A stretch of DNA of 64,000 nt, taken from positions 195-64,194 of IMG/VR virus record IMGVR_UViG_3300009415_000002; one strand, given 5' to 3'. Source of the stretch: a virus. Shown here piece after piece: positions 8,311 through 18,355 of the stretch. The translations under genes and the position numbers were made by a program. A model generated the notes under the pieces. The model did no database searches. It had not been told where the DNA came from and saw nothing but the letters and a program-made list of their open reading frames with translations. How positions within the stretch are numbered: position 1 is the stretch's first letter; each line of letters starts with the position of its first letter.

Positions 8311-8493
8311 TTAGTCACTATCACTAACCTCTACATTATTAATTACATTTGCACTTTCGATAGCAATTCTAGTCTGAGCAACAATTGGGCGCTCTAGTCT
8401 AATCATACTACCATCTCTATCTACTACCCATTCATTATTCTTATCAGAATAACTACCTTGGAACATTTCTAATACTCTTCCGTTATTAACCAT
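8311..8493 (-). CDS. Hypothetical protein
   Basis: 60-aa ORF coupled to upstream ORF. Confidence 0.5.
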   Translation of the reverse strand: MVNNGRVLEMFQGSYSDKNNEWVVDRDGSMIRLERPIVAQTRIAIESANVINNVEVSDSD

Positions 8494-8695
8494 TGTTTGA
8501 ATCCTCTAATTGTTTTATTGATATTTGGTTTAATGGGACACAATAGTCATACTCTAATGTACCAGCTAACGCATAGTAATCTGTGTATGTTCTATCTGCT
8601 AATTTTATATAGTCTTCTTTATCTATTAGTCCCATTAATAATAGATTGTTTAGCATTGACTCTACATTGGCTTTTTTAAGCATTATTAACACCAT
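8486..8695 (-). CDS. Hypothetical protein
   Basis: 69-aa ORF. Confidence 0.5.
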   Translation of the reverse strand: MVLIMLKKANVESMLNNLLLMGLIDKEDYIKLADRTYTDYYALAGTLEYDYCVPLNQISIKQLEDSNNG

Positions 8696-8738
8696 AACGA
8701 TGTGTGAGTCCTAATTTATATTAAGACACGTATATGGA

Positions 8739-9146
8739 CTATTTATTATTGGTTGGGGCTTTCTTAAGAGACTCTATCTCTTTGGTTTTTTGCTTAAGCA
8801 ATATTTCTAATACATCTACACGGCGCTTATGCTTTGCTGATTCTTGTTCTAGGGCTTCTACTATGCATTCTAAAATTACGTCATTAGTGCGGTTTGAAAC
8901 ACTGTGGATTATTTCTTGGGCTAGTCCATGTGATTCAGGTGTTAGCCATCTTTTTTGGATTTCTCCTACTACTTTATCGTACGAGTTGAAGCGATCTCCG
9001 TGGCGAAAGCGTCCTAGTTCTATTCTTTTTTCTTCTAAGAATACTTTTTTAATTTCCTCTCTGTCTGTTTTAAGCATTGCTCTATACTTTTTAGCTTGAG
9101 TCTTAACGCATCTCAAGAAGGCTTTATTACGAATCTGGCATACCAT
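8739..9146 (-). CDS. Hypothetical coiled-coil protein
   Basis: 135 aa, charged helical pattern. Confidence 0.6.
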   Translation of the reverse strand: MVCQIRNKAFLRCVKTQAKKYRAMLKTDREEIKKVFLEEKRIELGRFRHGDRFNSYDKVVGEIQKRWLTPESHGLAQEIIHSVSNRTNDVILECIVEALEQESAKHKRRVDVLEILLKQKTKEIESLKKAPTNNK

Positions 9147-9249
9147 AGTATAATTTCTAATACAATTTCCAATATAATAAAATACTAGGTAGCAATTCCA
9201 AAACTACCTAGTACTACTTGCAAACTTTTATGTCATTTAACTACAAATA

Positions 9250-9576
9250 TTATTTGCGGGGCAATCTTTTACCTTTCTTGGTAAGTCCATGCTTCCTTAA
9301 ATGATATCTGATTGTGCTACCACTAACTCTAAATTGAAACGCTAATGCATTAATACCAGAACTTGTTCCGTCGAACATCTCTAATATATATTCTACATTT
9401 CCAGGCGTTAATTTATAATTTGATGGCGCAACTTTTAATTGGTTGTCTCTCTGCTCTCTATATACACAACCTAATTCTAACGCGCGCGTTTTCTTTAATA
9501 CTTTCATGAAGTTAGTAAACCCCTTAAAATATTCTTTACGTGCTTTCTCTAATTCTCTCTCAATTACTTCACTCAT
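9250..9576 (-). CDS. Putative HTH DNA-binding protein
   Basis: C-terminal GINALAFQFRVSGSTIRYHLRKHG fits a helix-turn-helix. Confidence 0.55.
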   Translation of the reverse strand: MSEVIERELEKARKEYFKGFTNFMKVLKKTRALELGCVYREQRDNQLKVAPSNYKLTPGNVEYILEMFDGTSSGINALAFQFRVSGSTIRYHLRKHGLTKKGKRLPRK

Positions 9577-9989
9577 ACTATCTCTCCTTATTTGGTTATT
9601 AAGTTATTAGGTTATTCTAATTCTTAGTCTATACGCTTTCTATACCCTATTACATACGCATACCCTAGGTGACTATTGAAACTGTTGTTTCTATCACACT
9701 CTGCTTGTGCACTTTCTTTACTATTGAAAGGTCTTACGTTTATACTTATTTGACCATTAGGTGTCTGAATTGCTGTCTTATATACTGCCATAATGCTTAT
9801 CTTATTTCTATTATTTTAGTATCTGTATTAGAATGTACTTCTGAAATTGGCTTTTATGTATTAATGTATAAGTATATATTATGGTATATACATTAATATG
9901 AGCTGTATTTATTGATTTAATATACTATTATAAGTTAAAATACAGCTTTTTACTCTAGGGTTTATACTTTAATTAATAAGCTATACTTA

Positions 9990-10238
9990 TTACAACATAG
10001 GAACATTGCTGGACTTATCATAAGTCTGGAGTCTTTGGTTAAGACGGTGCATTGTTTTGTTATTAAAGTTAGGATCTGAAATAATAGCCTTAGCATCCAA
10101 GAATTCATGATGAGAAATACAATAATGCCTTTGCATAAGGATTAATTGCTCTACAAGATACTCTTTGAAGATTTGAGAGACACCTTCACTAGTGTCTAGG
10201 ATGTTGTTTAGTTTGTGTCTAGTGTGATAGTTGTTCAT
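9990..10238 (-). CDS. Hypothetical protein
   Basis: 82-aa ORF. Confidence 0.5.
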   Translation of the reverse strand: MNNYHTRHKLNNILDTSEGVSQIFKEYLVEQLILMQRHYCISHHEFLDAKAIISDPNFNNKTMHRLNQRLQTYDKSSNVPML

Positions 10239-10246
10239 AGTTAGGG

Positions 10247-10453
10247 TTATACCTTGTGAATGTTTTTTAAAGACCAGAGATTTCTAGTTAGAAAGCAATT
10301 TACTATATGACTAGCATCATAAACATCTACATGATATAAGGACTTACCGACCCTATCAATTGTGAAGTCATGTGTGGGCCCGTCATACAAATAACTATCA
10401 CTGTTGTTAACAGCTTTAGTGCATCTAGACGATAGAAATAAATTGTTTAACAT
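10247..10453 (-). CDS. Hypothetical protein
   Basis: 68-aa ORF. Confidence 0.5.
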   Translation of the reverse strand: MLNNLFLSSRCTKAVNNSDSYLYDGPTHDFTIDRVGKSLYHVDVYDASHIVNCFLTRNLWSLKNIHKV

Positions 10454-10804
10454 GTGGTTGTTGATTGTTTAGGGCGTTTAACTTTACTTTTAGTGATATT
10501 AGCAGGCACTTTAAATGATTTATACCTGTCATTAAAGAATATACAGTTGATATTCTTAATATCTATGCCGATTAGTTTTTGTTGCATTGTTAAATAAGGT
10601 GTTTCTAACTACTAAACCCTTTAGATTTACTTAGTTTAATCTTAGGGGATTTTTTGTGTTTAGGTTGGTTATTAGGGTTAGGTTGAGGATAGTTATTTTT
10701 CTTACGTGTTGTTTTAACTCTATACATATGAATGTGGCTGTCCTTGTTTAAATTTAGGCTATGCACAATAGCCGACCCAATTAAGGGCCGACTAACTTAT
10801 ATCA

Positions 10805-11377
10805 TTACATGATATCAGCAGTTACAGAACTATTAGCAGCATTAGCTGATTCTTTAGTGGCTCTAGTGCTAATAGCATCCTGACGTTGTTGCTCTTGACG
10901 CTCACGAGCTTCTTGAGCTAACTGAAGGATTTCTTCCATATCTAAAATTTGACCTACACGTTGAACTTTCATAGGTTCAACTTCAATCATTGCACCTGGA
11001 TAGATAGCAAAGCTGATAACCACACCATCTTTCTTAGTGGTTAGCTTACTGATAGCAATAGGAGAGTCTAGCTCAAATACTATTTCAGCACCGATACCTT
11101 CAACTTCATGAAGTTCAGAGTTAAGCATTTCAAACTGCTCTTGGCTTAAACGCAAGTTAGCAGTTTGACCAATTACTACGTTAGTCATTTCACTAACTCC
11201 ATGTTGCTTAGATTGTCCTTGAATATTTAGACCGTCAATGATAGTGCATACAACACTATATTCTGGTCCATACATTCTATAGGAAGCCTTGGAACCTAAC
11301 TTTTGAATCATGTCTGGATTCTTTTGAAAGTTAATGCGAATTTGGATTTTGGAAGAAGTCTCTTGTTGAATAGCCAT
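10805..11377 (-). CDS. Hypothetical protein, probably highly expressed early gene
   Basis: 190 aa, biased codons, AGGA Shine-Dalgarno upstream. Confidence 0.7.
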   Translation of the reverse strand: MAIQQETSSKIQIRINFQKNPDMIQKLGSKASYRMYGPEYSVVCTIIDGLNIQGQSKQHGVSEMTNVVIGQTANLRLSQEQFEMLNSELHEVEGIGAEIVFELDSPIAISKLTTKKDGVVISFAIYPGAMIEVEPMKVQRVGQILDMEEILQLAQEARERQEQQRQDAISTRATKESANAANSSVTADIM

Positions 11378-11415
11378 GATATTTTAGTCCTAATTTGTTA
11401 ATTGTTTGATTATTG

Positions 11416-11570
11416 CCAAGCACTATCGTGCCACTTTAAAAATTATTAAAGATAACATCCAAGTACTATCGGGCCCTTTGAAACCTTTTAGGATACTCAA
11501 AGAGTAACGCTAAGACCCATCGGGATATCTTATAAGAAATTTATAAGACCATTGCCAAGACCCATCGGGA
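11416..11570. repeat. Four degenerate ~15-bp direct repeats separated by AT-rich hairpin spacers
   Basis: ccaagcactatcgtg (11416), ccaagtactatcggg (11459), ctaagacccatcggg (11510), ccaagacccatcggg (11555). Confidence 0.65.
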
Positions 11571-11629
11571 ATTTTATTAAGAATCTAACGGGGAATCTTA
11601 GGCGAATTTTAGGGAATCACTACCGTCAA

Positions 11630-11965
11630 CCTCCAGCCGTTATTCGCTAACACCTACCTTTCTCTGCATCTCTTTCGAGACCGTTATTCAGTAGCTGCGC
11701 TTTCTCTGCACTGGGACGGAGTTCACATAATTTATTTAGCGGAATCAAAGCACGATTATTGTTTCACGACAGTGCCGTGATAGTTTAACGTCTTATCAAG
11801 GACGGAGTAAGTTAACATCATACTCATGATGGATAGTTTGTTTTAGCACTTAACTATCAACAGTGCGGTTTGTTTATTAGACTGAATAACCAGTTCAGTA
11901 GGGCAGGCTCACACCCCATTTATGCTTATCTTCGTCAGACGAAGATAGACAAGCCTGATCAGAAG
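11630..11965 (-). ncRNA. Candidate structured non-coding RNA / leader
   Basis: No ORF; serial hairpins (TATCTTCGTC/GACGAAGATA, GCACT/AGTGC, CATCAT/ATGATG, TCACGGC/GTCGTGA, TCTC-GAAA-GAGA) joined by A-rich linkers. Confidence 0.45.
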
Positions 11966-11969
11966 AAAA

Positions 11970-13061
11970 TTATTCTTCGTCCATGTCAATAATTGCAGTT
12001 ACAGCATTAGCACGAGCAGATGCCTGCTTAGCTTCTTGCGCTCTAAGGTGCTTCATTAAAGGACTATCTTCACTAACTATATTAGTGGCTTCACCGTTGT
12101 TATCATTAGCGACTTCAGCACTTTCTACAGCAACAGAAGTTTGAGCAGCTGGCTCTTCATCAAAGCAAGGTGCATCATCTACGTCATCAAAGCAAGGAGC
12201 TTCTTCAACAATAGGTTCTACAATAGGCTCAGCGATTGGAGCAACAGAAGCTACAACAGCAGCAACGTGGCGTGCTTTGCGACCAGGACGACGAACACTA
12301 GATTTAGAAACAGACTCTAAGCCTACTACATTACTAGCGACAACATCCTCATCGACTAGAACTTTAGGAAGTTTAATACCTAATAGATTAGCAGAGGATT
12401 CTAGAGGAGTTTCGGCAATGGTGATAGAATGAAACCCACGAGCAGGATAGAATCTTAGTTCTTCTACAGACTCAAGAGCACCACTACCTTGAGTGAATGC
12501 ATTCTTACCCTGCACAAAGCAGCTATTAATGTCATTAAACTCAAAGACTAAAGCGCCTACGCTACCGTCTACTAGAAATTCCTTAAACTCAGCACCACTG
12601 CCGTCTAGTTTATATTGAATACGGAAGAGAGGGATATCGTCTTCAGCATCTAAACCTAGCATACTAGCCCAGAACTCAATAGTCTCAGCTTGAGATAGTT
12701 TACGAGTTTGACCGTTAGGGAATAGAAGCTCAATGATTGCGTGATAGCCAGGTTGACTACTCATTTTCTCAGGCAAAGGACGAAGATAACCAAAAGCTTC
12801 ATCAGCCTTGGTGTCTAAGGAGATCATACCGTGATAAGTGGAAGTCAACTTACCAAATCTTGCACTAGCATTGATTTCAGAGCTTGATCTAGAACGCTTG
12901 AAAGAAGTTACGTTCTCATACATACGGAAGCCAGTGGCTAAAGAGAAGTCTTGAGTCATATCTACAGATGTGGAATGATTGATAGGCATAGTGTTAGTGT
13001 TGTTAGTGTTTACAGAATTGTTAGCAGCTCGTTGTTGTCTTTCTTGATCAAACTTACCCAT
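11970..13061 (-). CDS. Hypothetical protein with acidic low-complexity C-terminus, directly downstream of the RNA polymerase
   Basis: 363 aa, ends IIDMDEE, duplicated APCFD motif; acidic tail is SSB-like but fold not recognised. Confidence 0.7.
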   Translation of the reverse strand: MGKFDQERQQRAANNSVNTNNTNTMPINHSTSVDMTQDFSLATGFRMYENVTSFKRSRSSSEINASARFGKLTSTYHGMISLDTKADEAFGYLRPLPEKMSSQPGYHAIIELLFPNGQTRKLSQAETIEFWASMLGLDAEDDIPLFRIQYKLDGSGAEFKEFLVDGSVGALVFEFNDINSCFVQGKNAFTQGSGALESVEELRFYPARGFHSITIAETPLESSANLLGIKLPKVLVDEDVVASNVVGLESVSKSSVRRPGRKARHVAAVVASVAPIAEPIVEPIVEEAPCFDDVDDAPCFDEEPAAQTSVAVESAEVANDNNGEATNIVSEDSPLMKHLRAQEAKQASARANAVTAIIDMDEE

Positions 13062-13101
13062 TTTAATAACCTCTAAGTTGCTAGTGTGTGTTTACGTGTG
13101 G

Positions 13102-13135
13102 ATACTTATTTTATGTCGACATCCACAGTCGACAG
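13102..13135 (-). promoter_or_regulatory. Hairpin + AAATAAGT element (class 2), upstream of 363-aa gene
   Basis: TGTCGAC/GTCGACA stem followed by TAAAATAAGTAT and a CA-rich leader; similar elements near 17560, 18125, 23795, 25172. Confidence 0.5.
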
Positions 13136-13171
13136 TGCTTAGATTAGAAGCTCTAAGCCTGCTTAGTGTTA

Positions 13172-16100
13172 TTACACACCATAGTTAGCTCTATCAATGT
13201 TGGCTTGCTTAGCATCACGAATCAATCCGTGAAATTCACAAACTGCAGTTGATAGTTCACCTAACAAGGCGTTATCAAACATATGACTATAACCACCCTC
13301 GTTAAAGAGGATAGCTAAAGGCTTAGCCACATACTGACCGCTAGAAGCATACTCAGCTTCTTCAATGAAGCCCATTTCATATGCAGCACGTTGAGAACCT
13401 TGTGAGATTCTACGAAGAGCACCGAACTTAACAGCTCCAGTTACTCCACCTTGCCACCACTTCTTAACTTCACCAAATCCTTCAAGCTTAGGCATAACAC
13501 GAGTTACGATGCGTGAGCGGATAAGTTGAGTGAAGACTTCTTCAGGAAGGTTAACACCTACAATCTCTTTGATAGCAGCTTGAAGAAGAATAGCTCCATC
13601 ACACCACTCCTCTTTAGGAGTGTTGAAACGAACATCAACTTGCTTCCAGTTGCCCATAGGAGACCAAACCATTTCAGATTCAGTGTCAGTGGATGCAGCG
13701 TTTACTAAGTTGAAGAACAACTCAGCATTTTTGGAATATCCAGATAGGCCTAGACCTTCATAGATAGCACGCCAAGCAATAAGGCTAGCATCAACAACGG
13801 TGTTGAAGCGAGCTTCATCAGGACCAACAGCACGGTCAGCAGCATCAAAGATAAGCTTAGAGCACATACCATAAGATACACCTACAGCAGACTTATAGTG
13901 CTTAGCTACACGAGCAGCGAAATCACCAAGATAAGCAGAAGTGATATAGACTTTCTCGTTAGTCTCAGGGTCTTTTAACTGAGAGTTAAGAAGACAAGCA
14001 TTACCACGAAGGGATTTCTTACCTTGCTTGTCTTTTTCAGAGATGAAGTCAATATAAGGAACGTTAGCACCATATAGATATTCATAACCAGCGATGCCCA
14101 TTTTAGAAGCATTGATTGCGATTACTTTATCAGTGGTGATTTCATAACCAGCAACAGTCTCAAGGTTAATGACAGCAATACCATCGCCATCAGAATCACC
14201 TTCATTAAGAGCATGCCATACTAGTGGGTCAACAACTACGTGAGCGATTCCGCAGATTTGCTCATCATCAGTCAACACAAGACGACCAGCGCCTAGGAAA
14301 GGCATTGGAGTGCGAGTGAAGCCAATATAATAGTTAACGAATGAATCCCAATCTTTAACGCCTAGAAGACGAACGATAGGACAGTTACGGTTAAGAATAA
14401 CTGTTGGGATTCCATCAGCACTGTGAAGCATAGGGTGGAAAGAAGTGCGGACTTTTCCATAGACTAAGTCACCAGAGCGAGTTGCTTTCTTAAGAACGTT
14501 ATTTGATTCAACTGCAGTGTTGATGATTTTGCTATAAGCACTGTTAAGCTTACCGACGATATCACCATCAAACTGGTTGACTCTATTGATGAATAAGTCA
14601 ACAATAAAGTTAACGATAGTCGCAGTCTCACGAGCAGCAGCACCACTAGCAGCACTGAAGCTACCATAGATAGCGACTACGTTAAGGTCAAGTTTGATAG
14701 ACTTAACATTAGCACTTTTGCCAATGAAGAACTTATATTCATTTTGACCAGCGAAGAAGTTAGCAATAGAAACTAGAAGCTTACGGTGTTTGATTCCGAT
14801 AGTTCCGTTAGGGAAGATAGTGCTACTAACTGCAGACATGTCTTCAGTGGTTGCATCAATAACACAAGGAGCTGTGCTAGTGTTACCAGCAAATTCATTA
14901 GCTAAGGTTAAGAAAGACTTAGTTTTATCAATAGACTCAGTGAATAGAGCATCACCAAGTTCTTTGTCTTGAATAGAGACTGCTGCAGCACTTTCAAGAG
15001 TGAAGCTGGACTTGGAAACAGACTCAAGAGCAGTGGAGATTTCCACGTCAAATACGAGCTGACCAAAGATTACGTCAATAGTCTCTTCGACTAGGACATA
15101 CTCATATCCATCAAAAGTTGTGCCTTCGCTAATAACTTTAACGCTATCAAAGAAGGAGTGGCCTTCTTCTGCATTACCAGCTTTAGCTTGCTTTTCAAAC
15201 ACAGACTTAGCCATAGTCATACGAATCTTAACATCATTAAAACGCTTGGATTCTTTCCATTCTTGAACAGCGTTATTTTCATCATAGAGATTAATAACAG
15301 AACCGTCAGCACCAACTAATTCACCGTTAGCGGTGTGAAGGTTGAACTCACCTTGGTCATTAGCGAACATCTCTAGGAGAGCGCCATGGCCTTTAGTGCA
15401 TTCGTTGTTAAGCATGATATCCCAGTGGTTGTTTTGACCAACGAACTCAACTTCATAAGGAAGAGTTGTGAACTTAGTGGCGAAACGACGAGTCTTAACC
15501 CACTGAGTTGTTTCAACAATTTCAACATTGATAGAGATTTCAATGGAGTTCTCATCATTAACAATATTACCAACAGTTCCACTAACAACACGAATATTAG
15601 CAGCATCAGAGCTATTACGAACAAGTTTGTGCTTAACACCATCAACAGAGACTTCAACAATAGTTGCTTTAGGAGCAAAGGTTTGACCTTTAGCAGCATC
15701 AATCTTCTCTTGGATTTTGTTAACAAGAGCAAGTTTGTTGTTAGCATGGTTCATGAATTTATTACCAAAGATGGAAAGAGTGAAAGACTCAGATTCTTTC
15801 TTACCAACATAATAAGTGATATAAGTTTCAGGATTGATAATACCAACACCGGAACCAAAACCTAACTTAGAGTTAGTGAATGCAACATCCATCATTTTGC
15901 CTTTAGTTTTAGCGACTTCACCAGATTGAAGAGCGAATCCAAAGTTAGATGCTACACGGTCATCAAGGTCAGCACAATCATAGTTATTAGCAGCACCACG
16001 GTTGATGAGCTTAGCAACTTTGTTTACATCATTAGGAGTGATGATGCGGTCTAGTTCACGGTTCCAACCAAGACCTGTGGCCTCAGCACCGTCATTAATA

Positions 16101-17512
16101 GTGACAAACTTGATATTAGTTTTATCAGATGCAGCGACTATACCTTGAGCTAGACACCAGCCTAAGAAGCTAGGAGCTTGCTTACCACCAATAAACTCAA
16201 GACCAAAGTGGTCATCACTTACTAAGTTAATACCATTTGCATAGATTAAGTTAGTGCGAACGAAGTGTGCAATGTCATCAGCATCAGGCTTATGACCATA
16301 GTTATGCTCAGGCATAAATAGTTTTACAGCCAAGTTAATACGAGTCTCCAATTGCTTGGAAGTTCCAGCGAAAGCTGAAAGAGCAAATAGAAATACTGCA
16401 TGATTACCATCCAGAACCACAAATTCACTACCAACTTGACCAAAGCAAGAAGCTTTATTAGCTTTAAGAACACGACTGCCTGTGGATACAGTTGCATTAA
16501 GCATATCAATCTCTACACGGTCGCGTTTAACGACGGTGCCGGAGACTGACGCACAGTTGTTGAAAAGAAATCCAGTGAATTGAGCACGTTCTTCAGCACT
16601 TAAGTTATAAGTGGCAGCAGCAATAAGAGCAACCCAGAATCCGCCTGCGTTGACAGGAAGTTTATACTCAGGGTTAGAAGCATTGAATGCTACTCCAACA
16701 CATTCACGGTCACCGTTAGCTTTGATTTTAACAATAGTGAATGCAGCTTTAACAAACTTAAGAACGTTATGTGGGAAAGCAGTTAGGTTTGCGAAACCAG
16801 TTTGCTCATAAGCAAGAGAGCAAGGTGCTAGATTACCAAGTTTATTACCAAACAAAGCAAGGAAAGCATCACGAGATTCAATAGCACGAGCATTGACTTT
16901 GGACTGAGTGGCCCACTTCTTAGCAATCATTTCATCACTAGGGTCTTTGAAGTTACGTTTTAGCTTAGCAACATAAGCTTCTTCAGTTGTGACGTTAAAT
17001 AAAACATCAGCAATAATATCAGCAAATCTCACACCATAACCATTGTGATTAACAATGTTAGATACAATAGTGCTAAAACTAACTAAAGAAGAAACTTCAG
17101 AATAGTCAGCGTTGAATGCAGTGTTGAACATAGTGGATTGAACAGTTGTGTTTGTCATAGTGATTTTGTCCTCAGAAGGGTTAGTGTTAATGTCATTAGA
17201 AGGGTGTTTATCGAGCTTACCCTCAGCTCCATCAGTTTCTTCTTGCTCTACTGACTTAGCAACACAATTAGTGTTAGCCATATAGAATATAGCGTCTTCT
17301 AACTCATCAGTTAGTTGAATACCTAATTGTTCTAATACTTCTTCATAACAGTTAAGAACTGCATCTAAATAAGATAGATCAACATCAAGTTTAGAACTAA
17401 TATCTGCTTCTGCAGCGTTATGGATTTGGATCAAAATGTCTTTCTGAGTCATGTTATTACCTTCGTTAGTGTTGTTAGCAGAGTTGTTGGAAGCAGTGTT
17501 TGAGTTAGTCAT
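13172..17512 (-). CDS. Single-chain two-barrel (beta/beta-prime-like) DNA-dependent RNA polymerase, probable non-virion RNAP
   Basis: Ordered motifs GKMMDVAFTNSKLGFG (cf. beta GQNMRVAF), KTRRFATKF (cf. K..GRHGNKG), DIMLNNECTKG (cf. DIVLNP), GFTRTPMP (cf. NRQP), catalytic ALNEGDSDGDG (cf. NADFDGD). Confidence 0.85.
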   Translation of the reverse strand: MTNSNTASNNSANNTNEGNNMTQKDILIQIHNAAEADISSKLDVDLSYLDAVLNCYEEVLEQLGIQLTDELEDAIFYMANTNCVAKSVEQEETDGAEGKLDKHPSNDINTNPSEDKITMTNTTVQSTMFNTAFNADYSEVSSLVSFSTIVSNIVNHNGYGVRFADIIADVLFNVTTEEAYVAKLKRNFKDPSDEMIAKKWATQSKVNARAIESRDAFLALFGNKLGNLAPCSLAYEQTGFANLTAFPHNVLKFVKAAFTIVKIKANGDRECVGVAFNASNPEYKLPVNAGGFWVALIAAATYNLSAEERAQFTGFLFNNCASVSGTVVKRDRVEIDMLNATVSTGSRVLKANKASCFGQVGSEFVVLDGNHAVFLFALSAFAGTSKQLETRINLAVKLFMPEHNYGHKPDADDIAHFVRTNLIYANGINLVSDDHFGLEFIGGKQAPSFLGWCLAQGIVAASDKTNIKFVTINDGAEATGLGWNRELDRIITPNDVNKVAKLINRGAANNYDCADLDDRVASNFGFALQSGEVAKTKGKMMDVAFTNSKLGFGSGVGIINPETYITYYVGKKESESFTLSIFGNKFMNHANNKLALVNKIQEKIDAAKGQTFAPKATIVEVSVDGVKHKLVRNSSDAANIRVVSGTVGNIVNDENSIEISINVEIVETTQWVKTRRFATKFTTLPYEVEFVGQNNHWDIMLNNECTKGHGALLEMFANDQGEFNLHTANGELVGADGSVINLYDENNAVQEWKESKRFNDVKIRMTMAKSVFEKQAKAGNAEEGHSFFDSVKVISEGTTFDGYEYVLVEETIDVIFGQLVFDVEISTALESVSKSSFTLESAAAVSIQDKELGDALFTESIDKTKSFLTLANEFAGNTSTAPCVIDATTEDMSAVSSTIFPNGTIGIKHRKLLVSIANFFAGQNEYKFFIGKSANVKSIKLDLNVVAIYGSFSAASGAAARETATIVNFIVDLFINRVNQFDGDIVGKLNSAYSKIINTAVESNNVLKKATRSGDLVYGKVRTSFHPMLHSADGIPTVILNRNCPIVRLLGVKDWDSFVNYYIGFTRTPMPFLGAGRLVLTDDEQICGIAHVVVDPLVWHALNEGDSDGDGIAVINLETVAGYEITTDKVIAINASKMGIAGYEYLYGANVPYIDFISEKDKQGKKSLRGNACLLNSQLKDPETNEKVYITSAYLGDFAARVAKHYKSAVGVSYGMCSKLIFDAADRAVGPDEARFNTVVDASLIAWRAIYEGLGLSGYSKNAELFFNLVNAASTDTESEMVWSPMGNWKQVDVRFNTPKEEWCDGAILLQAAIKEIVGVNLPEEVFTQLIRSRIVTRVMPKLEGFGEVKKWWQGGVTGAVKFGALRRISQGSQRAAYEMGFIEEAEYASSGQYVAKPLAILFNEGGYSHMFDNALLGELSTAVCEFHGLIRDAKQANIDRANYGV

Positions 17513-17597
17513 GTTATTAGTCTCCTAAGTGTTAGTGTGTTTATAGAAAATAGATAGCACTTATTTAAAGACACCGCTATCTAGATGTCTAGGTTAA

Positions 17598-18092
17598 TTA
17601 AATAAAAATGACAGGCTTTTTTCTATTTACCATTTTTATTCTTTTGCTTGGTTTATAAAATATAGACCTTAATATTTTAGAGCCATAACCAAACTTAGGC
17701 TTACCTACGCAAGTGAATAGATATGGATCTAATTTATTTTCTATAGCCTTTTTATTTACTTCTTTATTACATTTTCTTGAAGCATAGTCAAAGAAAAAAG
17801 ATCCAATTAACTGATTTTTATAATCACCTTTATTTATAACAGCAATCTGCTGATCTTCCTTTTCCCAGCCAGGACCTTCTTTAGAAAATCTTATATTACC
17901 TAACTCAATAGTCCATCTCTCATTCATAAAGTTAAATCTTATATAAAGAGATCTATCAGTCCTAAATAATACTGCATTACTTATTTCTAACTCTTTATTA
18001 TAGAAACAAAGATATAAAGTTTCTAAATTTAATAACGTGTCATTGCTACTATAGTTAGAAATATCAGCCGAAAACAAAATCTCATAAATCAT
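17598..18092 (-). CDS. Hypothetical protein upstream of RNAP
   Basis: 164 aa, GGAG Shine-Dalgarno. Confidence 0.65.
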   Translation of the reverse strand: MIYEILFSADISNYSSNDTLLNLETLYLCFYNKELEISNAVLFRTDRSLYIRFNFMNERWTIELGNIRFSKEGPGWEKEDQQIAVINKGDYKNQLIGSFFFDYASRKCNKEVNKKAIENKLDPYLFTCVGKPKFGYGSKILRSIFYKPSKRIKMVNRKKPVIFI

Positions 18093-18167
18093 AATAAATC
18101 TCCAGTGTTAATGTGTTTATGTAAATACTTATTTTACATCGTGATTTACACACACGATAGATCAGTC

Positions 18168-18293
18168 CTACCAGTTATGCGTTACAAATACAACACGTGC
18201 TTTACGCACCTCTAATCCTTTACGACGTGCTCTACCTAAGATAGATAGACGCAGTTGTGTTTGGATAGATTGTTTGATTTGTGCAATAGTCAT
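18168..18293 (-). CDS. 41-aa basic peptide, cassette 1
   Basis: Hand translation MTIAQIKQSIQTQLRLSILGRARRKGLEVRKARVVFVTHNW; follows a repeat element like the other cassettes. Confidence 0.6.
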   Translation of the reverse strand: MTIAQIKQSIQTQLRLSILGRARRKGLEVRKARVVFVTHNW

Positions 18294-18355
18294 GGTTATT
18301 ACCTATAGATATACAAAATAAGGGTCCTAATTAGGACCCTTACGTGTTTATTTAA

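Noticed and set aside
11920-11950. Hammerhead ribozyme (CTGACGA)
   Set aside because: CTGACGA lies inside a perfect palindrome; no G-C closed stem II followed by GAAA and no cleavage triplet arrangement found
3192-16811. Short antisense or alternate-frame ORFs in the track (e.g. 3192, 3902, 5498, 5688, 5699, 8497, 8734, 13526, 14464, 14790, 15373, 15386, 16324, 16611)
   Set aside because: Fully nested in longer genes with recognisable motifs; no independent signals
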